A stretch of DNA of 58,165 nt. It comes from a virus. Lineage: Duplodnaviria > Caudoviricetes. This document shows positions 48,982-58,006 of the stretch, piece after piece. A program made the translations under genes and the position numbers. The notes beneath the pieces are model-generated. The model was given only the letters and a program-made list of their open reading frames with translations. It searched no databases and was not told the origin of the DNA. Numbering within the stretch: position 1 is the first letter of the stretch; the number at the start of each line of letters is the position of its first letter. Location of the stretch: IMG/VR virus record IMGVR_UViG_3300031669_000034, positions 1 to 58,165 of that record. One strand, written 5' to 3'.

Positions 48982-49722
48982 TTATGAGTTATTATAAGCT
49001 AGAACTTTGCTTTTACTTTCCTTGAACATGCCTTGAGCAAATCCCTGGCATTTTTTGAAGACCCAAGGTTCATGCCAAGCATAATCGACGTTAAACTCAA
49101 TTTCAACGTCCAGTCTTCCAACAGTTTCTACATCACTTGTGAATAAATCCTGTGGATCTTTTGCTGGAAACATGCCATCATAGCATGCATAATATTCAAC
49201 TGTAACACCATCAGGAGCTGTAGTCCAGTAATACATTAAACCAGCATATGTTCTTTTTGAATAACCAATACCTTCTGCTCCGTCTTCTAGAGATGCAGAA
49301 GCTACACCAGTTCTATAATCTCTAATTAATTTAACCCAACCGTGCATAATATCCAGGATTGGAGTCTTATTAAATTCAAAGAATTTTACAGATACTGTAT
49401 TACCATAATCAATATTACCAGGAACTGCCCACTTTACTCCGCCTAATCCAGTGTACTCAACTTTATTTAGAGTTCCTCCAGGTGGTGTAACAGAAAGGCA
49501 TGTTGCTGCTAATACTTTCTTTATTTCTTGCTCATCTTGAATACCACTTCCGCCAGCAATACCAGAATTATTTAATTGGATTGATTTTGCTAGTCCGTTT
49601 GGAATCTTATCAAACCAAATAAAGTGATACCCAGTTACATAAGGATCAGCAACACCAATAGATGTTCCGCCTAGTTTTCTGGTATAAAAATTGTTCTGTA
49701 CTTCAGAAAATGAACTTTTCAT
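48982..49722 (-). CDS. Tail tube protein (T4 gp19-like)
   Basis: SVTPPGGTL..VE...VPG..DY..VSVKFFE...W...FP...VEIEFNVD tube pattern; structural context. Confidence 0.7.
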   Translation of the reverse strand: MKSSFSEVQNNFYTRKLGGTSIGVADPYVTGYHFIWFDKIPNGLAKSIQLNNSGIAGGSGIQDEQEIKKVLAATCLSVTPPGGTLNKVEYTGLGGVKWAVPGNIDYGNTVSVKFFEFNKTPILDIMHGWVKLIRDYRTGVASASLEDGAEGIGYSKRTYAGLMYYWTTAPDGVTVEYYACYDGMFPAKDPQDLFTSDVETVGRLDVEIEFNVDYAWHEPWVFKKCQGFAQGMFKESKSKVLAYNNS

Positions 49723-49725
49723 TTC

Positions 49726-50262
49726 TTATAACCTCCACGTTGCTTCAGCAACTTTATAGTTAATTCGTTTTTGGATAACTTTGAGAACTTCATCCCAATT
49801 CCCATCTTGTATATGAATCGCTTTATCGTCGATATAAAAATCGGCTGCTAATTTTTCTGCTGTAATTCTGTCAAAATGAATCCCGTGCTTATCCAGCCAC
49901 TTTCCTACTTTTTGGATCTCTTCTTTATGATCGCCACCATGTTCGGCAGCATTTTTTTGTGACGCACGAGTGGTAAAAATAACTATTTCGTAACCTAATC
50001 TTTTTAACCATTCAATAACCTTTCTCGCTCCTGCAAACGGATCGTCATAAATAGTGCCATCACTATATCCTTTTGAATATTTGTGAATGGTTCCATCAAG
50101 GTCGATCATTGCTCTTCTCGGTATATTTTCAAGTTTGCTCTCTGGGTAAAGTGATCGTATTATATGTCTTTTCTTTTTCCGTTCTGGTACTTCCGGGAAG
50201 GAATCAATAGGAAATAAAGACTCTAATCCAAAATCTATTGGTTCAATATATTTTTTTCCCAT
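49726..50262 (-). CDS. HAD-superfamily phosphatase
   Basis: IDLDGTI, IFTTR, K..ADFYIDDK. Confidence 0.85.
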   Translation of the reverse strand: MGKKYIEPIDFGLESLFPIDSFPEVPERKKKRHIIRSLYPESKLENIPRRAMIDLDGTIHKYSKGYSDGTIYDDPFAGARKVIEWLKRLGYEIVIFTTRASQKNAAEHGGDHKEEIQKVGKWLDKHGIHFDRITAEKLAADFYIDDKAIHIQDGNWDEVLKVIQKRINYKVAEATWRL

Positions 50263-50281
50263 TTTAATACCACAACCTCAT

Positions 50282-50295
50282 TTTATATTTTGTTC
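50282..50295 (-). promoter_or_regulatory. Candidate late promoter motif GAACAAAATATAAA
   Basis: About 20 nt upstream of the first gene of the minus-strand tail operon; identical to 55470..55483. Confidence 0.6.
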
Positions 50296-50323
50296 TTAGA
50301 AAGTACAAGTAAAAGATCTTAAA

Positions 50324-50338
50324 ACTATATATATTAAT
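50324..50338 (+). promoter_or_regulatory. Candidate early promoter motif ACTATATATATTAAT
   Basis: Exact 15-mer also at 56538..56552; both lie about 55 nt upstream of the first gene of a + strand accessory island. Confidence 0.55.
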
Positions 50339-50394
50339 AACTAAATGAAAATGAATTCTTGATATTATCTATTTGACTTGAAAGGAGGAATTTT

Positions 50395-50736
50395 ATGAGT
50401 AAAAGTTCAGGAGGTGGAATTAGTTTGGCAGGAATTTTCTTTTTGATCTTTCTTTACAATATATTTTTTGATGATGATGCTGATAAAAAAGAGGTGGTTA
50501 TTCATGATAAGGATAAAGGGGGCATCGAAGAAGTGAAAGAGGCAATTGAAGAAATTAAACCGGAAGTGAAAGAACTAATTATAAAGGCAAAGGAGTCTTT
50601 TGAAAAAGCAATCAATAAAGACGCTCAAGAGGAAGGGAAAGATGAAAAAATAGAAAAAGAAAAGACCCCGATCCCAGAGATAGAAACTAACCAACCAAAA
50701 CCAGAGAACGGACCCGAAGAAGGAGTCAAATTATAA
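50395..50736 (+). CDS. Membrane-anchored acidic protein
   Basis: N-terminal TM segment; strong AAAGGAGG RBS. Confidence 0.7.
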   Translation: MSKSSGGGISLAGIFFLIFLYNIFFDDDADKKEVVIHDKDKGGIEEVKEAIEEIKPEVKELIIKAKESFEKAINKDAQEEGKDEKIEKEKTPIPEIETNQPKPENGPEEGVKL

Positions 50737-51755
50737 TGAGTGAAAGAAAAATTAAATGTTTTATCAATGATGACTACGAAATATTCTTCGATCCACAGTC
50801 AGGATTTGAGATGATGAGAGGAGCTAATGGAAAACCAGATCCATTCTCACTACAGCTCCCCTCGTTATTAGACATTGGGGTAATGGGGACTTGTGTAAAT
50901 AAATGTGCATTTTGTTACCAAGGACATCAAAACAATCCGAACATGAAATTGGAAGATTTTAAAAGCATCGTTGATCAAGTGAAGCATCACACGAATCAAG
51001 TTGCATTGGGAGGAAGAGGTGATCCCAATAAACATGAGAACTTCAAAGAAATCATTGAATACGCCCGAGAAAATAATGTCATGCCAAACTATACGACAAG
51101 CGGGATCGATTTAACAGATGACGAAATTGAAATCTCGAAAATGTGTGGTGCCGTAGCCGTTAGCGATTATCATACTCCAACTACATATGAAGCTATTGAA
51201 AGGTTTATGGATGCTGGAATTAAAACTAACATTCATATGATCTTCTCACAAGGATCATTTGGAGACGCTATAAAAATTCTATATGGAAGAAATCCATGGG
51301 AAGTACAAGGTTATTCAACTGGAAGAAACACTTTGGTTGACATTAATAGACTTAATGCTGTGATATTTCTTCTATTCAAACCAGCAGGAGCAGGGGAAAA
51401 CTTAATTGATATGAGGCCAACTGAATATCAATTTGGTGTCTTCTCAAGTCTTATTTTTAACTCCAAAGCAAAATTTAAAGTTGGGATGGATTCTTGCCTT
51501 TGTAATCACGTTTTGAAAAAGAGTACTCCTACCGAACTTCAACAACTATCAATTGATACTTGTGAAGGTGCAAGGATGTCAGCATATATTACTCCGGATA
51601 TGAAACTAATGCCATGTAGTTTTGCAAACAAAGGAGAATGGGCAATTTCCATTGGAAAAAAAGACATTAAAGAGATCTGGAACAATTCAAAACCATTTAA
51701 AAAGTTTCGGAGAATGTTACGAAAACAAAAGGACAAATGCCCATTAGAATTATAA
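50736..51755 (+). CDS. Radical SAM/SPASM-type enzyme
   Basis: CVNKCAFC, CEGAR..YITPD..LMPCSF, IKEIWN, terminal CP. Confidence 0.88.
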   Translation: MSERKIKCFINDDYEIFFDPQSGFEMMRGANGKPDPFSLQLPSLLDIGVMGTCVNKCAFCYQGHQNNPNMKLEDFKSIVDQVKHHTNQVALGGRGDPNKHENFKEIIEYARENNVMPNYTTSGIDLTDDEIEISKMCGAVAVSDYHTPTTYEAIERFMDAGIKTNIHMIFSQGSFGDAIKILYGRNPWEVQGYSTGRNTLVDINRLNAVIFLLFKPAGAGENLIDMRPTEYQFGVFSSLIFNSKAKFKVGMDSCLCNHVLKKSTPTELQQLSIDTCEGARMSAYITPDMKLMPCSFANKGEWAISIGKKDIKEIWNNSKPFKKFRRMLRKQKDKCPLEL

Positions 51756-51767
51756 GGAGATGTTATT

Positions 51768-52133
51768 ATGAAGAATGGATCACAACCGTTAACGAAAAAG
51801 AATTTTATAACTCTCGGACTGCTTATTGTATTCCTATTCATTGGAGTCATTGGTGGGGTCTTCCAACAAAAATGGGCTGAAAATATTTACACATTTTGGT
51901 CTTCTTTTGTAATGATTGTTTTTACATGGCTTGCCATAATGAAAGCTAGAGTCAAACCCATGAAACCTTTTGTTGTTACATATACTTTCAACTTTCTAAC
52001 GTGCATTGCTTTGGGATGGTGGTGGTTAACTTTATTCTGGTTTGCAACTCATATCTTGTGTTTCTATGGGATGTATCAATGGGACCTAAAGTATACCCCT
52101 AAACCTGAAACAGATAAGGAGTCAGTCAAATGA
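51768..52133 (+). CDS. Multi-pass membrane protein
   Basis: Three to four hydrophobic segments. Confidence 0.7.
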   Translation: MKNGSQPLTKKNFITLGLLIVFLFIGVIGGVFQQKWAENIYTFWSSFVMIVFTWLAIMKARVKPMKPFVVTYTFNFLTCIALGWWWLTLFWFATHILCFYGMYQWDLKYTPKPETDKESVK

Positions 52134-52609
52134 AAAAATATATTATCGCAGCCCTACTCATGTCTTTCTTAATCCCAATCTCTACCTTCGCCGAAGTCAA
52201 AGCAGTCAGAATTGATCGTTTCTTGGCTGTTGACCCAATTGGCCCAAATAACTATGATCTAGAAACCATACGGATTAATGATCCTGAAAATCCATTTGTC
52301 AGCATTTATATTGCACACATAATTGCGACAGGATTTCAGCTTTCGGATCCAAGTAATACATCAATTGCTTGTCGATTAACTGGAAAGATTCCTGTTGATG
52401 AAAATGGAAAACAGATTATCAATAAGAAAACCAATCATGATATTGGGCATTTCCGAAAGTCAATAGGAACAAAAGTCATGAGAATTTCAAGAAGCTATGA
52501 TGCAGAAAAGAATGTTCTTATCTATAACGTCTACACAACCAAGTTGTTTGACGGATCATTGAAACATTCTCTATCTGTTGTTCCGTTGGGAATTCCTTTA
52601 GCACCCTAA
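52130..52609 (+). CDS. creA: CreA-family exported protein
   Basis: Signal peptide; DP, DPSNTSIACRLTG, YDAEKNVLIY..Y..KLFDGSLKHSLSVVP match CreA. Confidence 0.8.
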   Translation: MKKYIIAALLMSFLIPISTFAEVKAVRIDRFLAVDPIGPNNYDLETIRINDPENPFVSIYIAHIIATGFQLSDPSNTSIACRLTGKIPVDENGKQIINKKTNHDIGHFRKSIGTKVMRISRSYDAEKNVLIYNVYTTKLFDGSLKHSLSVVPLGIPLAP

Positions 52610-52615
52610 CGACGG

Positions 52616-52662
52616 AATGAAGGCGATCTGGTATATTTCACCCAGACCGCCTTCATTTTTTT
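52616..52662 (+). terminator. Terminator between convergent creA and tail sheath genes
   Basis: AATGAAGGCGATCTGG...CCAGACCGCCTTCATT followed by a T-run. Confidence 0.8.
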
Positions 52663-52664
52663 GC

Positions 52665-54629
52665 TTATTTAATGAAGAAATTCAACTCAATTTGTTCTAC
52701 AACTCTAGTTGGTTCTAAAGTTACATTAACATGGAATCTCTTTGTTTTTCTTTCATAGTCTGTTGCGCCAACATCAACTGCATAGCTATACAGACCACGT
52801 TTGTTTTTAATTACTTCTAAGAACTCCACTAAGTTTGTAGAAACTGATGACCAAGTAATTTCATCATTTTGTTCAAATATAAAGAATCTACAAAATTCCT
52901 CAAATGCTCTCTTAACATATAAAACAAGTCTAACAATATTTAAATCTTGCAGAGCACTTGGTCTCGCTTGTGTTGTTAACTGCCCCCAAACAACATAACC
53001 AGGGTTGAATTTAACAATCGGATTTAACTGTGCGAGATACATCTGATCTCTTTCTCCAAGACGAGGATTAAATCTCAGTTCTTTGATTGTGTCGATTGCA
53101 GCTCTATTGAAACCAGCTGCTGCAAACCAAATTTCTGCAACATTATCATTTCTTGGTAGAATATAAGACATATGATATACTGGTGAGAACCATATATCTT
53201 GGCCTGTAAATATATCAAATACTTTACTATATGATTCATAAAGTGCTAAGAAGTAAGTATTGAATGTGTGAACATTTCTTCTTGTTGTCAATGATGTAGT
53301 AAATGATGGATTATCTCCATTGTCAATAATACCAACAGAATCACGTCTTGTTTGAACAAGAGTACTGATTTGTGTCTTAACATCAGTTGGATATCCAGCA
53401 TCAAACACCATTGAGTAATAGATATTTTCTGTATCTAATACAGCATCATCAAGAAGCCCAGCATAACCTTGTGCTAATATTTGAGTAGCTACAACAGTAT
53501 CAATATCACCTGTTCCAGTTAACAGAGTTCCATCACTTCCTTTTCTTAATGGAATTGGAACTGATCCAACAAATGGTTCTGCAAATGTACTGATATTAGC
53601 TTTAATCCTATACTCAACTTCTGTATTTGTATCAAAATCTGTTATATTTCCATTCCAACTTTGAATGGCAGTAGCTAATGCTCTTTCATTGAATACGTTA
53701 ACTGTTTCTCCATCTACTCCACTGGATGCTCCTAACCAACCCCAAATTTCAACGCCTTTTGCGTCTTTTGCATAAATGGAATAAGCAGCATTACCCACTT
53801 CTGGTGATGTATCCCAGTCTCCAAAATCTTGTTTACTATCTGTAATTGATGCAGACCCGGCAGTTGTAACTGTAGTAATATTACCAATATTTTTATCATA
53901 TACTTTAACAACAGCATCATACCCAGAACTATATGCACCACTTGCTAGTGTCATATCAGCTCTAAGAACTGCTGAATATAAGTTCAACACATCAACAATC
54001 CAAAGAGACTCACCAGCACCATCCCTAGCGGTAGGATCAAATGAAATTTCAAATGATTCAATAATTTCATCTTCACCATCTGACTGTCTCTCATAAATAT
54101 CTATAATATATTGATCCCAAAGAGTCGGATTAGCAACTTCAGTAATTCTAACCCCGAGACCATTATACCATTGTCCTCTTCCTATTGGATATAAGAAGCA
54201 GACTGGGTATGTTGGCGGAACAGCAGCTAAAGATAGATTGGTTTTAATTTCGGTTACAGTATTTAAAGTATCAACAGAAGTAACTACTATGCTTCCTGTG
54301 GTATCTGTAGCTCCAAATGTTGCATCTATTCTCATATTGGAGTATGCTGCATCATCCGGAAGGCATCTCATAAAATAAAGAGCTCCAGATTCTCCTAAAT
54401 AGTTATATGCGCAATAAGGGCCTTGTCCGTAATTTTTTCCATATGTGCTAATGTTCGGTTCCCCGAACTCGGCGATATAGTCAGCTCTACCGCCAATAAA
54501 TTTTAGGGTGTTATCTTCTCCTTTCTCTGTTAATGCACAAATGAAACCAATTGTTGATGGTACCGCTTGTACGAATTGTGAAAGGTCGATAATTTTAGTA
54601 TATACACCCGGAGATACGTTTTGTCCCAT
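52665..54629 (-). CDS. Tail sheath protein (T4 gp18-like)
   Basis: SPGVYTKIIDLS, WFAAAGFNR, LNPI, VVWGQLT, LNIVRL, FIFEQNDE, LEPTRVVEQIELNF. Confidence 0.93.
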   Translation of the reverse strand: MGQNVSPGVYTKIIDLSQFVQAVPSTIGFICALTEKGEDNTLKFIGGRADYIAEFGEPNISTYGKNYGQGPYCAYNYLGESGALYFMRCLPDDAAYSNMRIDATFGATDTTGSIVVTSVDTLNTVTEIKTNLSLAAVPPTYPVCFLYPIGRGQWYNGLGVRITEVANPTLWDQYIIDIYERQSDGEDEIIESFEISFDPTARDGAGESLWIVDVLNLYSAVLRADMTLASGAYSSGYDAVVKVYDKNIGNITTVTTAGSASITDSKQDFGDWDTSPEVGNAAYSIYAKDAKGVEIWGWLGASSGVDGETVNVFNERALATAIQSWNGNITDFDTNTEVEYRIKANISTFAEPFVGSVPIPLRKGSDGTLLTGTGDIDTVVATQILAQGYAGLLDDAVLDTENIYYSMVFDAGYPTDVKTQISTLVQTRRDSVGIIDNGDNPSFTTSLTTRRNVHTFNTYFLALYESYSKVFDIFTGQDIWFSPVYHMSYILPRNDNVAEIWFAAAGFNRAAIDTIKELRFNPRLGERDQMYLAQLNPIVKFNPGYVVWGQLTTQARPSALQDLNIVRLVLYVKRAFEEFCRFFIFEQNDEITWSSVSTNLVEFLEVIKNKRGLYSYAVDVGATDYERKTKRFHVNVTLEPTRVVEQIELNFFIK

Positions 54630-54727
54630 ATCTGTTTTCCTCCTATGATGTAAAATTCTCTATTGTCGTTTTTTAAATCTCTAAGATTCTAGTATCCTTT
54701 CTCCAGGTTTAACAGAATTGAAAACCC

Positions 54728-55435
54728 TTATACGTACAAATACCACCTGAATATTAAGCGTCTATCGCTCGTTTTAATAATTGATGGGAAAGTTGTTCTG
54801 GCGAATAAAGTAAAATTTCCACTACCATCTATACTATATCCTCCTGAATCTGATGATGCTGTAAAGAGACCAGCTTCACTGAGTTGGTTTCCATTGGCAT
54901 CATCAATCCCAATCGTAACAGTTATCTTCGCAACTAACCAATTATCATCATTTAAAGCATCATGATCAAATACTACATCATCAAAAGGATGCTTATAGTA
55001 TCCTATATCTGGGTGGTCGGCGTCTACTACATTCCAATAGTCTGCACTTGAGGAATCTGAAGCATTAATCATTATATTTGAATACAACTCAGTATCTGTA
55101 AGAACAGGTGGTATAGGATCTATTGGATCCGCAGGTAGAACACCGCCGTCACCAAGGCCAAACCAGTTAATCCATTCATCTTTTGTAGATGTAACAGCTG
55201 GATTATCTATATTCATCATACGTTGTATCAGCCATTCTCGTCCTTGATATAGAACTAAGTTATGACGGCCGATAAGCTTTTTCTCTCCAGTTTTCTCAAC
55301 TTCATAAACTTCTACGAACCCTTGTGGTTTTTGAGATACTCTAGAAACACCATCTCGAACTGCATCCCCCAAGCATTTATCTCCGTAAAAGTCCTTTATT
55401 ATATACTCTGTTGTCGAAATTTCTTTTTTTGCCAT
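54728..55435 (-). CDS. Baseplate/tail-fibre attachment-type structural protein
   Basis: HNLVL..GR, GLGDGG, ANG..LSEAGLF, LFAR.TFP.IIK...W pattern; start re-assigned to 55435. Confidence 0.6.
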   Translation of the reverse strand: MAKKEISTTEYIIKDFYGDKCLGDAVRDGVSRVSQKPQGFVEVYEVEKTGEKKLIGRHNLVLYQGREWLIQRMMNIDNPAVTSTKDEWINWFGLGDGGVLPADPIDPIPPVLTDTELYSNIMINASDSSSADYWNVVDADHPDIGYYKHPFDDVVFDHDALNDDNWLVAKITVTIGIDDANGNQLSEAGLFTASSDSGGYSIDGSGNFTLFARTTFPSIIKTSDRRLIFRWYLYV

Positions 55436-55469
55436 AATTTTTAGTCCTTCCAAAATGGTGACGTTTTAC

Positions 55470-55483
55470 TTTATATTTTGTTC
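55470..55483 (-). promoter_or_regulatory. Candidate late promoter motif GAACAAAATATAAA
   Basis: Upstream of the operon leading to the tail sheath. Confidence 0.6.
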
Positions 55484-55634
55484 TTATTATTTAGTGTGTT
55501 TAGAACTATTTACTATTTTTCAAAAGGAAATAACGGATAATGAGGGGACTGGGAATAACGAGCTACAAATTTATCGTTACTCAAGTATCCAGTCCCCTCA
55601 AGAATTATATAGGCACCCATACGTTTTTGTTCTA

Positions 55635-56432
55635 TTATTCTAGAAATGTTCCACAATTGGGGCAGAACTTGAATGATGATTTTGACCTGACTCCACAAGA
55701 GGAACAAGTTAGTTTTCTTTGAACCGTTATCGGTTCTGAAACCTGACTACCTGATTCAGCAAGTCCTTTTAACTGAATAACAATAACAGCAGATTCCTCT
55801 AGTTCGCCAATAGAAGCATAACTAAACTGTTGATTACATTCAGACCCCTTTACAGTTATTCCTTCATCCATATTTGGGATATTAGAAATATTTTGTACTC
55901 CAAGAGAATCCATAGTAACATTGCTGCTCATATTCGTCATACTTCTACTTATTGATTCACAACCAGATCTAAGAGTATCATTATAAGTCCAATCTACCCC
56001 ACTATGATAAGTATATACAAATGGACTATTATGATAGTGATGATGAACTTCCTCAATAACCTTCTTAATTTGAGGTTCAGGTATCGGTTTTTCAAAAGCA
56101 AATTCTATTCTAACTAATCCATCATCTGCTCTATCGCCTCTATGCTCACTAATCTGTTTTGTTTTATTAATAAATCGAAAACGATTACGTGCAACATTTC
56201 CGCGAAGAAATCCTTCTATTTCTGTTGATGAGTTTGCGTCGAGAATTAAACTACTATTATCTAAAACATCTTCACCATCAATCGAAATATTCACAGATGC
56301 TCTTTTTGAGTTTAGATTTTTTAGTAGAATAGTGTACTCGCTTCCAAAAGGTAGGTAGACGCTTCCATCTTTAACTCTAAGGATTCGTCCATTTGATTTT
56401 ACTTCAGCTACGAATTGATCTTTATAAGTCAT
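55635..56432 (-). CDS. Hypothetical beta-rich protein with C-terminal zinc ribbon
   Basis: CSSCG...KFCPNCG; AAGGAG RBS. Confidence 0.7.
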   Translation of the reverse strand: MTYKDQFVAEVKSNGRILRVKDGSVYLPFGSEYTILLKNLNSKRASVNISIDGEDVLDNSSLILDANSSTEIEGFLRGNVARNRFRFINKTKQISEHRGDRADDGLVRIEFAFEKPIPEPQIKKVIEEVHHHYHNSPFVYTYHSGVDWTYNDTLRSGCESISRSMTNMSSNVTMDSLGVQNISNIPNMDEGITVKGSECNQQFSYASIGELEESAVIVIQLKGLAESGSQVSEPITVQRKLTCSSCGVRSKSSFKFCPNCGTFLE

Positions 56433-56537
56433 TTTTTACATCTCCTTTTACAGATTACAGACTAGAATCTCATAAATTTTAGTTTAAAGTCTGTCGGTGA
56501 ATTACGCGTATATAAATGCCTATATATATTATGTTCC

Positions 56538-56552
56538 ACTATATATATTAAT
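56538..56552 (+). promoter_or_regulatory. Candidate early promoter motif ACTATATATATTAAT
   Basis: Second exact copy; back-to-back with a minus-strand GAACATAATATATA at 56523..56536. Confidence 0.55.
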
Positions 56553-56606
56553 TAGTAGCAGGAATAGTTCTTAATCATTTAACTAACAACACTATGGAGG
56601 TGTCAA

Positions 56607-56783
56607 ATGAAAAGATATAAGATTGAATGTGAAAACGTTACAACTGGGGAAGTTCGGGAAACTGAGATAACCGTAATAACAAGCATGGCTTCAGTGGTTG
56701 ACATGCTAGGAAAATATGGTTGGGGAATCACAAAGTATCACCCAATCAACGATTCCGAAACGATTGAGACCCAAACTGCATAA
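56607..56783 (+). CDS. Small hypothetical protein, 58 aa, not in the ORF track
   Basis: GGAGGT RBS; MKRYKIECENVTTGEVRETEITVITSMASVVDMLGKYGWGITKYHPINDSETIETQTA. Confidence 0.7.
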   Translation: MKRYKIECENVTTGEVRETEITVITSMASVVDMLGKYGWGITKYHPINDSETIETQTA

Positions 56784-56790
56784 GGAGGTA

Positions 56791-57159
56791 ATGTTGAGAA
56801 ATCAAAAAGGGTTTACTCTGGTTGAGATCATTGCTGTTCTTGCGATCATGGGAGTTATACTTTCAATCGGTGTGTACAAGGTGATCGGAGGAACTTCAAT
56901 AAAGGCAGAAGAGTCAGTGCTTATATCTGTAATTATAAGTCTAAATGAAAAAGAGTTGGAAGCATGGACAAATCTGAAACTTGATGTAGGGTGGACCTCG
57001 GATGAAGAAGTTTATAATAATCTTAAAATCCTTGATTATGTTTGGCAATCAAAAGATCAGGATGGAGGGATTATTATGATAAGGGATAAAGCATTTCATC
57101 TTAAACGAATCAGGTCTGTCAAAAACACTTATGGAAAATGGGAGGCGTCAAATGGTTAA
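56791..57159 (+). CDS. Type IV pilin/pseudopilin-like protein
   Basis: Start re-assigned to ATG 56791 after AAGGAGG: MLRNQKG|FTLVEIIAVLAIMGVILSIG. Confidence 0.85.
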   Translation: MLRNQKGFTLVEIIAVLAIMGVILSIGVYKVIGGTSIKAEESVLISVIISLNEKELEAWTNLKLDVGWTSDEEVYNNLKILDYVWQSKDQDGGIIMIRDKAFHLKRIRSVKNTYGKWEASNG

Positions 57160-57580
57160 AATGTTGAGTTACTGTGATAAATGTGGAGCTGCACATGGAT
57201 TACCCATACAATCAGAAGGTAATAAAAAGGTAAGGGGTGAGTGCGCAATATGTCATATGTTCATGGGAGCATTGAACGAAACTGCTCAAGAATCTAATGA
57301 TACACTTGAGTCCATGAACTTTGGCTCATTTAAGGTCGTCAGACTTCCAGATTTCCTTCCGGGTCTTTCACCAAACCAGATTCATCAATTCCATACCTAT
57401 CAGGTACAAACGCCGGAGTCAGTGATTTATTATCCGACGATCAATGACGGCAATGGTATGAAGTCAATTATCATCGCCAACCCAAAAAAGGGTCATCAGA
57501 TTCAGGTCTTCTGGAATGAGAAGATCTCAAAGACCCCGCCAATTGCAACGATTGGTTTAGACGGTTCAACAGAAAAGTAA
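57152..57580 (+). CDS. Hypothetical protein with N-terminal CxxC..CxxC
   Basis: CDKC and CAIC; GGAGG RBS before ATG 57152. Confidence 0.65.
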   Translation: MVKMLSYCDKCGAAHGLPIQSEGNKKVRGECAICHMFMGALNETAQESNDTLESMNFGSFKVVRLPDFLPGLSPNQIHQFHTYQVQTPESVIYYPTINDGNGMKSIIIANPKKGHQIQVFWNEKISKTPPIATIGLDGSTEK

Positions 57581-57589
57581 ATATCGCTG

Positions 57590-57620
57590 ATGGGGCATAG
57601 GGTAGTTGACTATGCCCCAT
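57590..57620 (+). terminator. Intergenic hairpin
   Basis: ATGGGGCATAG...CTATGCCCCAT perfect 11-bp stem. Confidence 0.6.
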
Positions 57621-57661
57621 AGGAGATTTTTACATTAACCTTTACACTTTGGAGGTGTCAA

Positions 57662-57910
57662 ATGTTTGCAATGAAAAAAAATATAGTTAATGATGCTAAA
57701 AGGAAAATGATAGCTATCACTTTCCTAGTTTTATTCATGGTCGCCCTAATATGTATGACCGGTGCATTACAGTCTGAGATCAACAATCGTCCAGATAGAG
57801 CTCCAGTTCAGACAGTAGAAGTTTCCTCGGATGATGTTGAAGAAATCGAAATTATCGAAATCATACAAATCAATGAACCACCGGAACTTTATCTGGCAAT
57901 GAGATACTAA
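57662..57910 (+). CDS. Small single-TM protein
   Basis: GGAGGT RBS; hydrophobic segment followed by an acidic tail. Confidence 0.65.
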   Translation: MFAMKKNIVNDAKRKMIAITFLVLFMVALICMTGALQSEINNRPDRAPVQTVEVSSDDVEEIEIIEIIQINEPPELYLAMRY

Positions 57911-57938
57911 TTGGAGACAGATCTAGTTTTCGAGATGT

Positions 57939-57978
57939 AAAAGAATGGGGGACTTAATGAATCCCCCATTCTTTTTTT
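57939..57978. terminator. Bidirectional Rho-independent terminator
   Basis: AAAAGAATGGGGGA...TCCCCCATTCTTTTTTT between convergent genes. Confidence 0.85.
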
Positions 57979-58006
57979 GTCTAGTATTTTGTATTAGCTA
58001 AATTTT

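Noticed and set aside
42435-54629. Sheath/tube/baseplate genes as a bacterial contractile injection system or tailocin
   Set aside because: Linked to a terminase and phage replication genes, consistent with a true phage; capsid and portal genes are presumably outside the window
55513-55722. Short ORFs on both strands between 55455 and 55722
   Set aside because: Mutually overlapping, no motifs, weak starts; cannot choose a real one
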